Source of the DNA: Eledone cirrhosa
Taxonomy: Eukaryota
Length of the DNA stretch: 64,000 bases
Assembly: GCA_964016885.1 (NCBI GenBank)
Contig: OZ024740.1
Span: forward strand, 334,738,001-334,802,000
Direction: 5' to 3'
Shown: positions 13,901 to 28,751 of the stretch, in pieces
Position numbering within the stretch: the first letter of the stretch is position 1
Layout of the letters: every line of letters starts with the position of its first letter
Notes under the pieces: model-generated
What the model was told of the DNA's origin: nothing
Database searches by the model: none
What the model saw: the letters and a program-made list of their open reading frames with translations, nothing else
Position numbers and translations under genes: made by a program

Positions 13901-16202
13901 TCCTCAGGATCCAGGAAAACCACCATTCTGTTTTACTAGTACATCAGATGAACCAATATACAGAATAATGTTAGTAGTACCTTCTAACATTCGCATAAGT
14001 CTAGCGATTTGGAAGAGGAATGTAGATTATATTGATCCCAAATAACAATGATGCTAATAATAACATAATGAGTGTAAGGGAAACTCTGTTTTCTAACATA
14101 AGTACATAGATATACTATGTGACTGTGTGAAACTGACTGATACATAACAATATATCATTCTTATTTTGTTTTACCATCGTCCCTTTAAAATTGTATTCAC
14201 ATCCACTAATATCACGAGCTACTGCTGAGAAACAAATTTCTTACTATAATAAAGTATAGAATTATAATTTTTCCAACACATTTTCAAGAGATAAAACATT
14301 ATTGAAAAAATAATTTTAAATTTTAAACTAGAGAAACGTGATCATCAGAAAAACCTCCCGTTTGAAATATCCACTTTTGCACTGCAGTAATCGGCAAAAT
14401 CTCGTCTTTGTTTCACCGCCAAACTATATTTCATTACTTGCACTCACAACCTTGAAACTCAAGGAAATTTTAGGAATTTCCTGTTTAAATCATGCTTTAT
14501 TTTAATCAAAACCGACATTTATATTGAGTAAAGTGTGCTAGCAAAATTCCGTGCTTTAATTTGTTGATATTTGTTTAAATTACTTCTCCATTTTTAACCA
14601 TACATTTAAATGGAAAAATCTAAATTTGAAAAAGAAATAAAATGTTTAAAAATGGTTACATGTAACATTTTATTTAGATATAACAGTAGCATAGAGGAAA
14701 ATCCAGAAAAAAAACAAAAAAAAAAGGTAAAGAAATCTGATTTTACAATATGTGAGAAAATAGTAATACAAACAAGTAAGATTTTTAGGAATTTATTTAT
14801 TAACATTGTAATTTTTTTGCTTTTTGTGATTTATTATATCTTTGGATTCATTTAATTACTACGAAATCCGAAGGTAAAACGTGCAAAAAATAAAAGCCAC
14901 TTTGATTTATACAGTGCTTAAATTAAGGAAGAAAAAACACAAAGGACATCTATCCCCTATGGAGAGTCAAAGAAATATGCAACATTCGTTAACAAGACAT
15001 TCGTGCCAAGGGCATCTCACACATTTTAAACAGATGAACATAAATGAAAAAATAATTTAAAATTCATAAGTTAAAATTACACACACACACACACACAGAC
15101 ACACACACACACACATATACATATATATATATACACACATATATATATATGTATATATGTATATATACATATATACATATATATATTTATACACACACAC
15201 ACACGCACATATATATATATATACATATATATGTGTGTGTATGTGTGTGTGCATGAGTGTGACTGTGTGTATGCGTGTGTGTTTGTATGTGAGAGTATGT
15301 TGGTGAATATGTGTGTTCTCTGTGTGTGCGTATAAATGTACAAACATATGTGCATATGTGTGTGTATATATATATATATGTATATATACGTATATACACA
15401 CATATACATATGTGTTCATGTGTGTGTTCAGGGATATGTATTTAATTATTACATATCTTACAATTGTTTGTTCGTTTTATTAAAATTGTAAGAGATTTCA
15501 AAAATATGCAATGGGTGCCCATGACACGTTAAACAACACGTTTCTACCAGAGAAAAAAATGCCATTTACTCAATCCTATATTTGCTCTTTACACTCTCAT
15601 GCTTACGAGCGATCATTCATTCTTTTATTCATTCACGCTCATTTTCGTACCCTCGAAATTTCAGTCATTCGCTAAGAGATAAATTTATTTCATCTCAGGC
15701 AAAATAAATAAATAAAATACCAAAAGATATTATACATTAAATTAATGTTTTGGTTATATTTTTTGTTGCTTTAATAAAAAAAAAATTAGCAATAGTATTG
15801 TTTGTCTGTGGGATAATTGTTATATTAAGATTGTATCAGGTTTTGTTGAAATTTGTATAATTTAATGCATATCAATTTTCTTGTCAAGTAAAACATCCAT
15901 AATTATTTTAGTAACTTTATTAATATTTAATATTGTTTCATCGTAATTTTTTTATATCATTAAAATTCCTTATTTTAATCTCATGATTGTATTGAACATG
16001 TCGTGTATGCAATATTTGTAGTTTTATTAATGCATAAAATATGAGTAAATATACCAATTGTGGATTAAGCGGTATTTAAATTACAATGAATGCACTTGGA
16101 CAATTTAGAGAACGTTTAAGTTAATGTTGTACATACATATTATACACGGACATCTACATAAACAAGTGCTATTTACGTAACAAAGAGACAAATACGCACT
16201 TC

Positions 16203-16320
<118 letters not shown>

Positions 16321-16755
16321 GTAATAATAATAAATTTGAAGACTAAAATCAAAGAGGGCTCGATAAGGATAAATATATATATCAAATATATAAGAACCGT
16401 AGAGCAAATATTTATTAAAATAACAGATTAAAGTTTAAGCAAAGAATCTCTACTTTCAGCCTTAACGGGATCTTCTGAAACTAACAAAGTCAATCTGTAA
16501 ACGTGGTTCTGTCTTTGCGTATAAGTGTTTTTCACCGCTCCAAATAATGACGTATTATATTGGTTTTTCCCGTTCTTTGACAGGGAACGTTTCCACGAAC
16601 CAAAGTATCGTCTTCCTGTCTTCCTCCGGTTGCAACGTTTTTTGAAATATTCACTTCTGCGTTTACAGATTGACTTTGTTAGTTTCAGAAGAACCCGTTA
16701 AGGGTGAAAGCAGCGATTCTTTGCTTAAACTTTAATCCGTTATTTTAATAAATAT
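16321..16755 (-). mobile_element. TA-flanked fold-back element
   Basis: ~96-bp inverted arms at 16408-16503 and 16660-16755. The same family end occurs at about 39940-40045 in the opposite orientation. Confidence 0.8.
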
Positions 16756-16858
16756 ATATATATATACATAATTGTCAGCAGGCAAGAAAACGAAAATTAC
16801 AAATATTTCATTCGATTGATATATATAGTGAGAACAATGAAAGTATAGAGGTATTCGT

Positions 16859-17010
<152 letters not shown>

Positions 17011-18697
17011 TTATAATTATATATAAATGTATGTGTGTGTGTGATATACGATAAATATTTGTATGAATGAATGTATATAATCAATAGATTTTAGCCAGAG
17101 CAATAGAAATGAAATATAAATGCTTGGTTTTGTATATCTGTATGAAATCAATTTTTCTCTAACATTACATTATCATGTACTAGACTTAAAATTGCGTATG
17201 TTGCAGTGTATGTATATCTCTAAATATATGCCACGTGTATGCTTCATATTTATACAACACATTCTACAATAAAATGATAATCCTTTTTACACCCGACATT
17301 GACAATATATGTATAATTTCATTTGCACCTCTATATAAGTATCGTGATATATCTTTAGTTTAACCGCTGTGTGCGTATGTAATTACGTTATAACGAGTTT
17401 ACCTAACATTACAGATAGAAATGTGTATAAATACAAATGTGAATATCATAATCAAAATGATGTTTGATGCGTATGTTTGATGCATTGTCATATCAATATT
17501 GAACACAAGAGGGCATATCCCTGCAGCAACATAACTCCAAGCCAAAAGTTATTTCAAACTTGAAGTATATTTTCTTCTGAATAAAAATCTAAAACGAAAC
17601 ATAATGTATTATGTATTCAAACGGTTTTTTTAACTTCCCAAGACTGAATTATCTGGGCTTAGTATACTATATATGCCAATATATTGCCAATATATTCAAT
17701 AAAACTCTTTTTAGCAAATGATGATACTCTTATGTATATACGATACAGAAAAAATGCTCTTTTGTAATAGAATATATTTTCGTGAAAATTAGCGATATAA
17801 TCTAAGGAAATTGTCTATAAACTGTAATAGAGAACATTGTGTAGTTTCTGCACACTGGCCTAAATCTACTTTGTAGATTTTACTGGAATTGTAAACGAGC
17901 CAGTCAAACACCACTGAAGAATACGTAATGTATATTTAAATAAATTGTATTTCTTTTCCTTCGCTGTTGTCATAATTTACAGCATTGTTATTGTTGCATG
18001 TATTATATCGGACAGAGAAATATTATGCTTTATGTCATGCATCCTATATATGTTTCATATATATATATTTATAGTGAAACCGTAGCTAATCTGTAAGAGA
18101 TTGGCGTTAAGTAGATTCTGAAGGGCAAACGTGATGTCTCTATGTGAAGACAAGACCACAAAATAGTGACTTTAGAGACGTTTTAATCTCATAAGCAGGA
18201 GCTTTAATTTCGTAAATAAATTAAACATAAATATATTGTTGTCTGCCCAAAGAATATTGAATGAATTGGTGAGCATCATCTAATTTGGAAAATTTACTAT
18301 ACAATGTGTATTGTTATACTGAATATTTCAGAACATACTAATCTCTGTCATGTCTTATACGTATAAAGTAAACTGAAGATAAACGTAACAGTTGAACTAA
18401 AATGACGTCGTGTGACACGCGACGTTCGTTTCTATTTGCTGCATTATAATTTTAAGTCTGATATTTTGGCTTTATCATTTTAACATTTATATATATATAT
18501 TTTTTTGTAAGACGCAGGAACGTTTTAACGTTACCATACGCTTACACAAAGACACTTATATACAAATAAACATATGAATTGCTTACGTAATTCAATTACC
18601 CTACAGAATTATGGCTACAAGCACTTTCACACAAACACATAAACAAGTCAAATCACACATGAAATACATAAAATACATAGAGTATCATGTAAAAATG

Positions 18698-18995
<298 letters not shown>

Positions 18996-19867
18996 GAATA
19001 TACATTTTAATCCAAAAACATATGTAAACATTTATTTAAATATGTTCAATAAATCCTATAGAAGAATCTGTTCTATGTTCTATTACATCTATTATGATGA
19101 AGGTTTCGTTTGTGGTAATTTGTATATTTCAAAGTTCGTAATATATTCACTTTTATTGTAAAAAAATCTCAAATTCGATATGAAAAAACTCTCAGAGGTA
19201 TTAAAACATCGTTACTCTATTTGTTCCAATAACATTCATTCAAATATGCCTGAATTTAATTATCGTAAATATCACGTTGTTGCAGGGAGAATTTATTGAT
19301 TATTTTTTGAAGGAGCATAAAGCCCGCTTTTTGAGGGAGGGAGTATTAACGATTCATATATCAGTTTTCCTTTGTGTATTGTCTTTTGGAACAACAAAAC
19401 TTAGTACTGACCTCATCACATAATTATATATCAGAACAATTGGATATCTATTCATATATCACATAAAGAATCCAATTGTATTCCCTTGTACATAAACCAA
19501 TGACTTTGCCCTCTTTCGAAGGAAGAGAGTATTATTTGCATTTATGCTTTCCTTTAATAATTTTAACATGTTGTTTCTATGCGGATTACATACTTCTAAG
19601 ATATATGTAAAAGACAGAGGTATTAGTGTGTATGCATCTCTTTATATATCCGACGATTTTGTATATATTTTGTGGGGCACAAAATATATTGTCAATATAA
19701 TTTTATACTTCTCTTTTATACTTGGAAACCTAGAAAATAATGCACATGTACCTATCGGTGATATGATCATGAATATAAAGAGATAGAGTCTATTAGATTA
19801 ACAATAAATAACCATAATTATGGTGTAAATATAGAATATATTATGTGAGAATACTCAAAGCTTATAA

Positions 19868-19900
<33 letters not shown>

Positions 19901-20094
19901 ATGTGAGTGTGTGCTAATAATATATTGTTGCTGTTGCCGCTGTCTGAACTGTATGAATAAATGGTTGACAATTATTAGTGCCGATATTATCTCTCCTCAA
20001 TATTGTTCATTACAGAAGTCAATATCACCCTCTCGGTTTGGATGTGTACAGTATATTATAATTATTTTACACACACACAAAATCTCATACACTA

Positions 20095-20149
<55 letters not shown>

Positions 20150-20629
20150 TGTTGTGAATGTGTGTGTGTTTCCTTTTTCTAGAATTTGTTTAAGAGGCGT
20201 AAGCTGATTGATATAGATCGGAGAAATCGGAGGTACTGGTTGATATTAATATTTTATACCCCAGTCTCAGATTCCATAATCGTAATTAATTTTGCAAAGG
20301 AAATTGTTAGCTGGATAACGATATATATTAACTCAACATAATGTATAGGCAGAGGCCTTTTTGATTTGTCTGTTCACAATGATTTTGGTTTTCTTCAGCT
20401 AGCCTGATGAAAATTCGTAACTTATTTTATCTACAAGTTAATAATGAATAAGTCATATTTATCACACCGGCATTTGAATTCTAAGTTGTAAGGTACGGTA
20501 ACTTTTTAGATTAGAGTTGGTGGACAAATTAGAAGCTGGTGAATTATGATTGTCAACAAAAGTTAGTAGAAGAGTAACTAGCGTTAAGTTGGTATAGGAA
20601 CATCTACTGCAAAGTAATAGTAGTTACAA

Positions 20630-20674
20630 CAGCAACAGTGACAGCAGCAGTAGCAGTAGCAGCAGCAGCAGTAC

Positions 20675-20736
<62 letters not shown>
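20630..20736. repeat. (GCA)n(GTA)n trinucleotide repeat
   Basis: Direct reading. Confidence 0.95.
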
Positions 20737-20737
<1 letters not shown>

Positions 20738-21989
20738 GGTTTCATGTCCTATTCCTTATTCCTGTTATGATTTCACTAGATGCGATTTTTGTAATCTTTA
20801 TTGGCAGGATGCATCATCGTTTCAAACAGAGCAGATAAGGACATATAATAAATGTTACATCTTAGTTCGGTATATAATATTGAACTGTTACAGAGGCACA
20901 AGCCCTTGAACTTGGAGTGGCATGGTATAGCCGTTTATATCTATTCCAGGTCTTGAATAATATCTTATTTTATCGACCCTGGAAGAAGGAGAGGCAAAGT
21001 TTAACTAAACAGTGATTTTAACTCAGAACGTAAACAGCTGAAAAATGAAATGCAAATTCATTTTTGTCTAACACTTCAGTGATTTTGGTAATCTATAAGG
21101 GGGAAACCACTGGCGTGATTTAGAGACTTGTCAATGTTGTTTTTACAATCTCAATCGTTTTCTTCCGGATCCGAGGTCAAGGTTTGCAATGAATAATTGG
21201 CCATTTTTCCTATAAGAAACTATACCATTTCATCTATTCTTATATTTGGTGTTCTAGTATGTGTTATCTTTTTAACAACCACATATGTATTAGAAATAGT
21301 TTCGGAATAATAACAAAAAAAAAACCTACCACAATAATGATATCGGTTTTCCTCAAACCAGAACAAGGAAATGTTTGGTTCTAGCTGGTTCCAACAAAAT
21401 TGCATAGACCTCTATATATTCTCTAGCTTTCATTTAATATATTCCGTGTGTAGCAATATTACAATGGAACATGAGAACGTTTAAGAACAAATGGAAGAGG
21501 GACGAAACTAAATACTATAAGGCAAAATCCCGCCCCTCAAACGTTTCTGCCAACATACTACAAATATAGAAAAAAAAACGGAAATAATAATAAGCATAAC
21601 AGTGACACAACGATACAATAGTCTGGGGGAAAAGAGTAACAGATTTAACTGATTTTATTACTTGAATAATATATATTTCATATCAACCCAAGTAAACAAG
21701 CTCAGATATGTTTGGATTCCGAGCATAACATGATATAATGAAAACAGGAATTATGTCTGGTCTATGCCCTTTCTTTAAACCTCCAACCTTAATACTACTT
21801 CAATTATAACAACCAATAATAATAATAATTATTATTATAATAATGATAATAATATATATTTAGGTACAAGGCCAGCAATTTGGGGAAGGGAAATTGATTA
21901 ATTGACTGGTACTTTATATTATCTACCCCGTAATTATGAATAACAAGGTTGACCTAGAAAATACTAGAAAAGTCATCCTAATTTTTTAG

Positions 21990-22440
21990 GTCCGATCTTC
22001 TCAGTAATAAAACACATGATAAAGAAATATGTGTGATATCCATGCCAATCTAAATATTATTAGCAACGTATTACACCAGCAACAATCGAGAATTTCTAGT
22101 AGACTCGACTGGGCGAAAAATGTCCTCTACCCATGAGGTCATACATTAATAAAATCAAAATTAGTATCAACACAAGTTGGAAAATATAAAGATCTACAAG
22201 AAGGATGATAACTATACCTGAATATGATAATGTTACAGTGGAGCAAATATCATAGTGTTTTCATACTCACAGCCTCTAACAGTGAATGCTATTAACCTAA
22301 ACATGAATGGTATTATCCACAGATACAACATAACTAAGACTTATGACCTCTCCTGGACATCCACATATATTCGAATCCATTTGAACAGCAAGGATAACAT
22401 TCACTCTATCGGCATTAATAAAATCAAAATCAAAAATTTC
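21990..22440 (+). mobile_element. Decayed R4/Dong-like LINE 3' fragment
   Basis: Remnants such as GGAAAATATAAAGATCTA (~KYKDL) and CTCCTGGACATCCACATAT (~LLGTSHI) resemble the RLE C-terminus. No ORF. Confidence 0.35.
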
Positions 22441-23292
22441 TATCTAACAACTGGTCATAAATTGCATGGTCGAGAAGTAGTCAATGGAATAATTTCCAGT
22501 ATTGTAATGCTACTTATGTATTCGACCTTAGAAAGATGAAAGGCAAAGTCGATCTGGGTGGGATTTTAACGTACGTCGTTTGGTGACATAATTATTTTCC
22601 TCGTGTCATTCAGCATGACACTGAATAACAATAATGATATTAATTACAAAGGCCAAAGTCCACAGATATTGGTGGTCACAAACGTCGATAAAATCGACCC
22701 ACCTATATGACTGGTACTTATTTTATCCACCCAGGAGGGATGAAAGGCTAAGTCGACCTCGGCGGAATATAAACTCAGAACATAAATAAACACAGCAATG
22801 TTTGTCCGGCGCGCTAAAGATTCTGATGTAGACCGCCATTAGAATAAGGAATTGAGAATTTCTCAGCTGGGCACAAGGCCACAAATAGTATGAAGAGTTG
22901 TAATTTTTTTATATTGCCACCAGTTTGGGAGTGGTATTATATTCTATTTTATTCGGAATGTAGTTCTTGATGGCATTATGAGCTACAAACGAAGCGGACG
23001 TAGCCAGAAACCGCAAAGTATTCGGCTTTTTATCCAACAATCCTGTTTGCCACCACCGTACTGATAACATTAATTCAAAAATAGACCAAATCACATGTAT
23101 TTAACTGGTAATTAATTCTTCGAATTTGGAAGTATGAAAGGCAAAGCCATGTTCAGTGGGATTTCAACTCAGAACATAAACGATATGTAACTAAATACTG
23201 CAATGCATGTATTTCTGTCATTCTACCGATTCTGAGATCCCATCACCGTAAAATTAAATGTAATAATAACAACAACAATAATGATAATACTA

Positions 23293-23395
<103 letters not shown>

Positions 23396-23415
23396 ATAAT
23401 GATGATGATAATAAT

Positions 23416-23602
23416 AATTGTTTCTACTTTAGGCACAAGCCCAGCAATTACCCAGTGCATTACTGGTACTTTATTTTATCGACCCCGTAAGGATGAAAGG
23501 CAAAGTTAACCTCGGCCGGATTTGAACTCAGATAATAAAGGGACGTAACTATGCTAGAAAGCATAGCGTCCGACCCTCTACCGATACTGCCAATCCATCG
23601 CC
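23416..23602 (-). mobile_element. Young full-length family A SINE between (TAA)n tracts
   Basis: Near-consensus copy, flanked by (TAA)n on both sides. Confidence 0.92.
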
Positions 23603-23605
23603 CTG

Positions 23606-23666
<61 letters not shown>

Positions 23667-25829
23667 TAATAATGGTTATTATTATTATGATAATGATGAT
23701 GTTGATGATAATGATAATCATCATCATAATAATAAGAATGGTGACGATGATGTTAATGATGTTGATGATGATGATGTCGATTATGATGACGATGTTGATG
23801 ATGATGATGGCGGTGATGATGTTGATGATGATGATGATGATGATGATGTTTATGACGATGATGACACTGCAAATGATGGGAATGATAATGATTATGTGTA
23901 AGTTTGATATAGGGTCATATATTTACTTGGGAAAGATTTAGTTGATAGAATCGAATTGAATACATGCCGTATCGAATTGATCCTAAAACGATGATCTCAT
24001 CCATTAGATATTTGCAATTAATTGCTATAAACTGTTAAGATAGAATCTCTATACATTTTGACATAGTGTTTTCCCAACTTTGGCACAGCATCACAAATTT
24101 GGGGAAAGTGTGTAGTTGATAATTCTCGACATAAATACTTCTTTGATGCCTATAATTTGGAGCAAAATTTACCCTCAGTGGGATTAGAACTCACAACGCA
24201 AAGGGACGTAAAAACTATTTAGTCAAGTACTCTGCCCATTGTGAAATTCTGCCGACCATGTTTCATCCCTCAACCATTCCGAGTGGTTTAGCGAATTCTA
24301 CTGTATTCACAAGATCACAACACTTTTGGGGCAGTTTGATCTCATAGATACTAGAACATAGTTGGTACTGCTTGTATAATTATCGGATCGGAGGAAGGAA
24401 AGGTTGAGTCGAACTCGGCTGGAATTTAACATAGATGGTGCAGTAACTTGACCAAATACCGCGGTAAGTTTTATTAGAAAATGCCAGCGAATCTTCCACC
24501 AACACACTCTTAGTAAAAATAATAATGAATCCTTTCATAGGCATAAGGTAATTTATTCGGGGATAAATATAGTCAATAAAATCAGCTCCAGTATGTTTAA
24601 CAGGGATTTTTTAGTTATCCCTAAATGATAAAAGGCAAATACGGCCTCGGCGCGATATAGGTGTCTGAACGTAAGTTTACGTTACAATATCTCAGATGTT
24701 GTGCGGCGTACTAACCGATCAGCCCTGTACACCCCATCAATAATATAATTATTATTATTATAAGTAAAGTAATAAATATAATAATAATTGTTTCTACTTT
24801 TGGCACAAGGCCAGCAATTATCCAGTATATTACTGGTACTTTAATAAAGATAATAATAATGTTTTCAAGTGAGCATAAGGCCCACATATTTAAGTGAAGA
24901 GTGGAAGTTGCGACAAGATCCTGAGCACATGTGTGGTGTAAGTACTGTTGCTTTCTCAATAATGAAGCAGTACATAATGAATCAGTATGGCAAGTAAAAA
25001 TTCATGGACATAGGAAATGATATTAGTAAGGGTCATGATGAAAATATTATAACAACATTAACAATATCATCAAAGATTTGAATCATAGTAACAAAGTGAT
25101 AGTAACAACGATGGCTGTAATTTTACCCAAACGATTGGGTTTCACATATTAGCTTTTTGGTACACAACATCTGACCAAATACGATTGTGACATCAAATAA
25201 ACAACAATACTTGACTCGTATTGATTTTATTGATCCAGAAAATTTAAATGCACCTCCAAGAGGAATTGAATTCTTACGGCAGCTCTTATAGAAACAAATA
25301 CAATTTAGTATTAGTTCTTCAGCACTACTGCACGCATAATTCCATCACAGCATTAGAAATCATTTCTAAATTAAACTCAAAGTCAGACACAATGGAGGAA
25401 AGTAAAGCGGATTTTATTCGACTCCAATATATGATTTGCACTTATTTTACCACTCCGCATGGATGGAAGATGAAGTTAACTTCTAGGGGATTAGAGGTTA
25501 AAGTGTCCCATGCCATTATCTCTACCATACATTAACCCTCAACACCAACGCATTTTTAAAGATAACTTATATCGATAAACATTGGTGAGAAAGTGATATA
25601 TTTCATTCAAATGCCAGTATATCACACTTTCACTGATGACCCTGGAGCGTCGAATCGCAAAGAAAATCCCAACGGGATATAAAATTTAGAGGTAATGAAT
25701 TTTTAATAATGCAAAGTAATTTTCGGGCATAGTGATGATTTCACCATCACGAAACCGTAAAAATATTAACAAGTTCAACAACAACAAAAACAACACCGAC
25801 ATCAACAACAACGACAACAACAACAATAA

Positions 25830-25880
<51 letters not shown>

Positions 25881-26146
25881 TAACAATAATAATAATAATA
25901 ATAATGATAATAATATAATAATAATAAAATGTTGTCCTTCATTATATTTCTAGGCTGATTTAATATTATCATTGTCATTGTTTAGTTCATTTAACTCCTC
26001 AATTATCACTATTATGGCGATATATTTATTGTTGTTACTGCTATCTTGGTTCGTCTGTTTCCTTAGTGTGTATGATTATGTTGATAATGGTGTGTGTTTT
26101 ATGATGCACTATAAAAAGGCACCATGTAATACTAACAATGTATACT

Positions 26147-26312
<166 letters not shown>

Positions 26313-27138
26313 ATGAAGAAGTATACATATCTCTACACGAGTATAGACACAAGTATAGATTACATACAGACATACAGGGTGTCCAAATTATACTGAATTT
26401 GGTTCAATGAAGGAGTTTTATATATATATATATATATACATATATAGATGTATATATGTATGTATTTTGGGGTGTGGATGTGTGGATGTGGGTTTGAGTG
26501 GGTGTGTGTGTGTATGTAATGTGTGTTCATGTTCGCTTATGTGTGCTTGTGTGTGTGGATGTATATTGCCCAATAGGAAATATCGGAAGGAATTTCGATG
26601 AAAATTCAAGAATCTTCAAAAACCCGAATAATCAAATGAATTAAATTTGACAGTGTTGAATAACAAAGGTTGAATGAAAAATAATGAAAACTTAAATATA
26701 TGAAGACATTGAAATTATGAAGGCAATGTTTGTGATATCCTTCCGTGGGTTGAATGTGTGTTCCACAAATATGGAAGATCAACTGCATTAAAATTATGGA
26801 GATTCATAGCCGGTAGCCCACTTCAGGTAACAAACATTAAAATTGCCAATTTATGAAGGCTGATCATATTTTTTAAAGGAGTGGTTGGTGACCACGTATA
26901 CGTATTAGCTCAGTTTTAATTAAACTGGTGTGTAGATTTTCAAAGTAACATATCAACAGTTGATAGTTTAGGCATTGCAATTTTACAATATTATATATTA
27001 AGATGCTTGATTCAAGAGACTTGGACCTACAACCAACAATGCCAAGTATTTTTTAATGAATGAATGTTTAATTGTGTCTGTGTATATATTACATAAAAAC
27101 ATGTATATACATACACACATATACATACACACACACAC

Positions 27139-27292
<154 letters not shown>

Positions 27293-28069
27293 TACATATA
27301 TCTTAATTTATATGTATATGTATATTTATATGGATAGATAGATAGATAGATACATACATCCATACATAATTACGACGTAGATAGGTACGTACAGGCATAC
27401 ACACATACATAAATGCATACATACATATAAATCTGTGTGCGTATGTGTGTGTGTGTATGAGTGTGTGCGTGAGTGTTTGTGTGTCTGAATGGGTTGAGAT
27501 CTGAAACTATGGGTGTGTTGCCATAGGGTTGTGAGACGTAATCCAATACGTCTAGGAAACAAATGCTTAATACAAGCATTAGTTATGCTATTAAGACATA
27601 CATGAAACATCCTCATTACGTGTTGATTGTATTTCTTGTGTATATATGTAGCAGTAAGATTTATGGCTCTCTTTTGATTCAATAGCTCCTGCAACATAAG
27701 TTTTATTTCATAATATGAACATTATTAATATGTGTTATTTTAATTGTTTACTGAAATCGCGAATGTAGTATCGATCAACAATTAGCATGTATCTTGCATT
27801 ATATTCATACATTCCTTAATTTCATCCTATTATATATAGTATCAGAAAAAATGACTCGAAATATCAATATATTTCCAGCATAGACTGAAGGTTATTTCTT
27901 AAGTTTCGGCTACCGCTGCATTTTCAAGCACTGCATGGTTATATACTGATCCAATATTATCAAACAAACATACGAACAGCAAACACAAGCACACTGTTCA
28001 GAAACATATAATCGCACGCTCTTTAAGACAAACAAATGCCCAAATTCCAGTGCATACAGGCACAAAATG

Positions 28070-28070
28070 A

Positions 28071-28104
<34 letters not shown>

Positions 28105-28137
28105 ACATTTACATATACTTATATATATATAAATATA

Positions 28138-28188
<51 letters not shown>

Positions 28189-28312
28189 TGTATGTATATG
28201 TATAAATACGCGTGTATGTATATATATATATATATATATATATACATACATACATATATGTATATATATGTACATACATATATGTATATATATACACATA
28301 CACACATATATA

Positions 28313-28375
<63 letters not shown>

Positions 28376-28410
28376 AATATGGATATATATATATATACAT
28401 ATATATGTAT
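28070..28410. repeat. Degenerate (TA)n/(TATG)n tract
   Basis: Direct reading. Confidence 0.9.
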
Positions 28411-28658
28411 ATAAATTATATTGTACAAGCTCACCCGTTTAAAAAAAACTTTAAAGGATTTGTCGAAGATAATGGTAGCATTAACCATTTAGAGTTTTGA
28501 TGTGACAACAAAATGACAATAACATTTCAGATAAACAGGATTATCCAGGTTTTCGCACATAGTATTTTCATATCACAATGAAGTTGGATCTCCGTTTAAA
28601 ATAACAGTGAATAACAATCACAGAAAATTGAATAAGGGAATACATATTTACACATATA

Positions 28659-28751
<93 letters not shown>

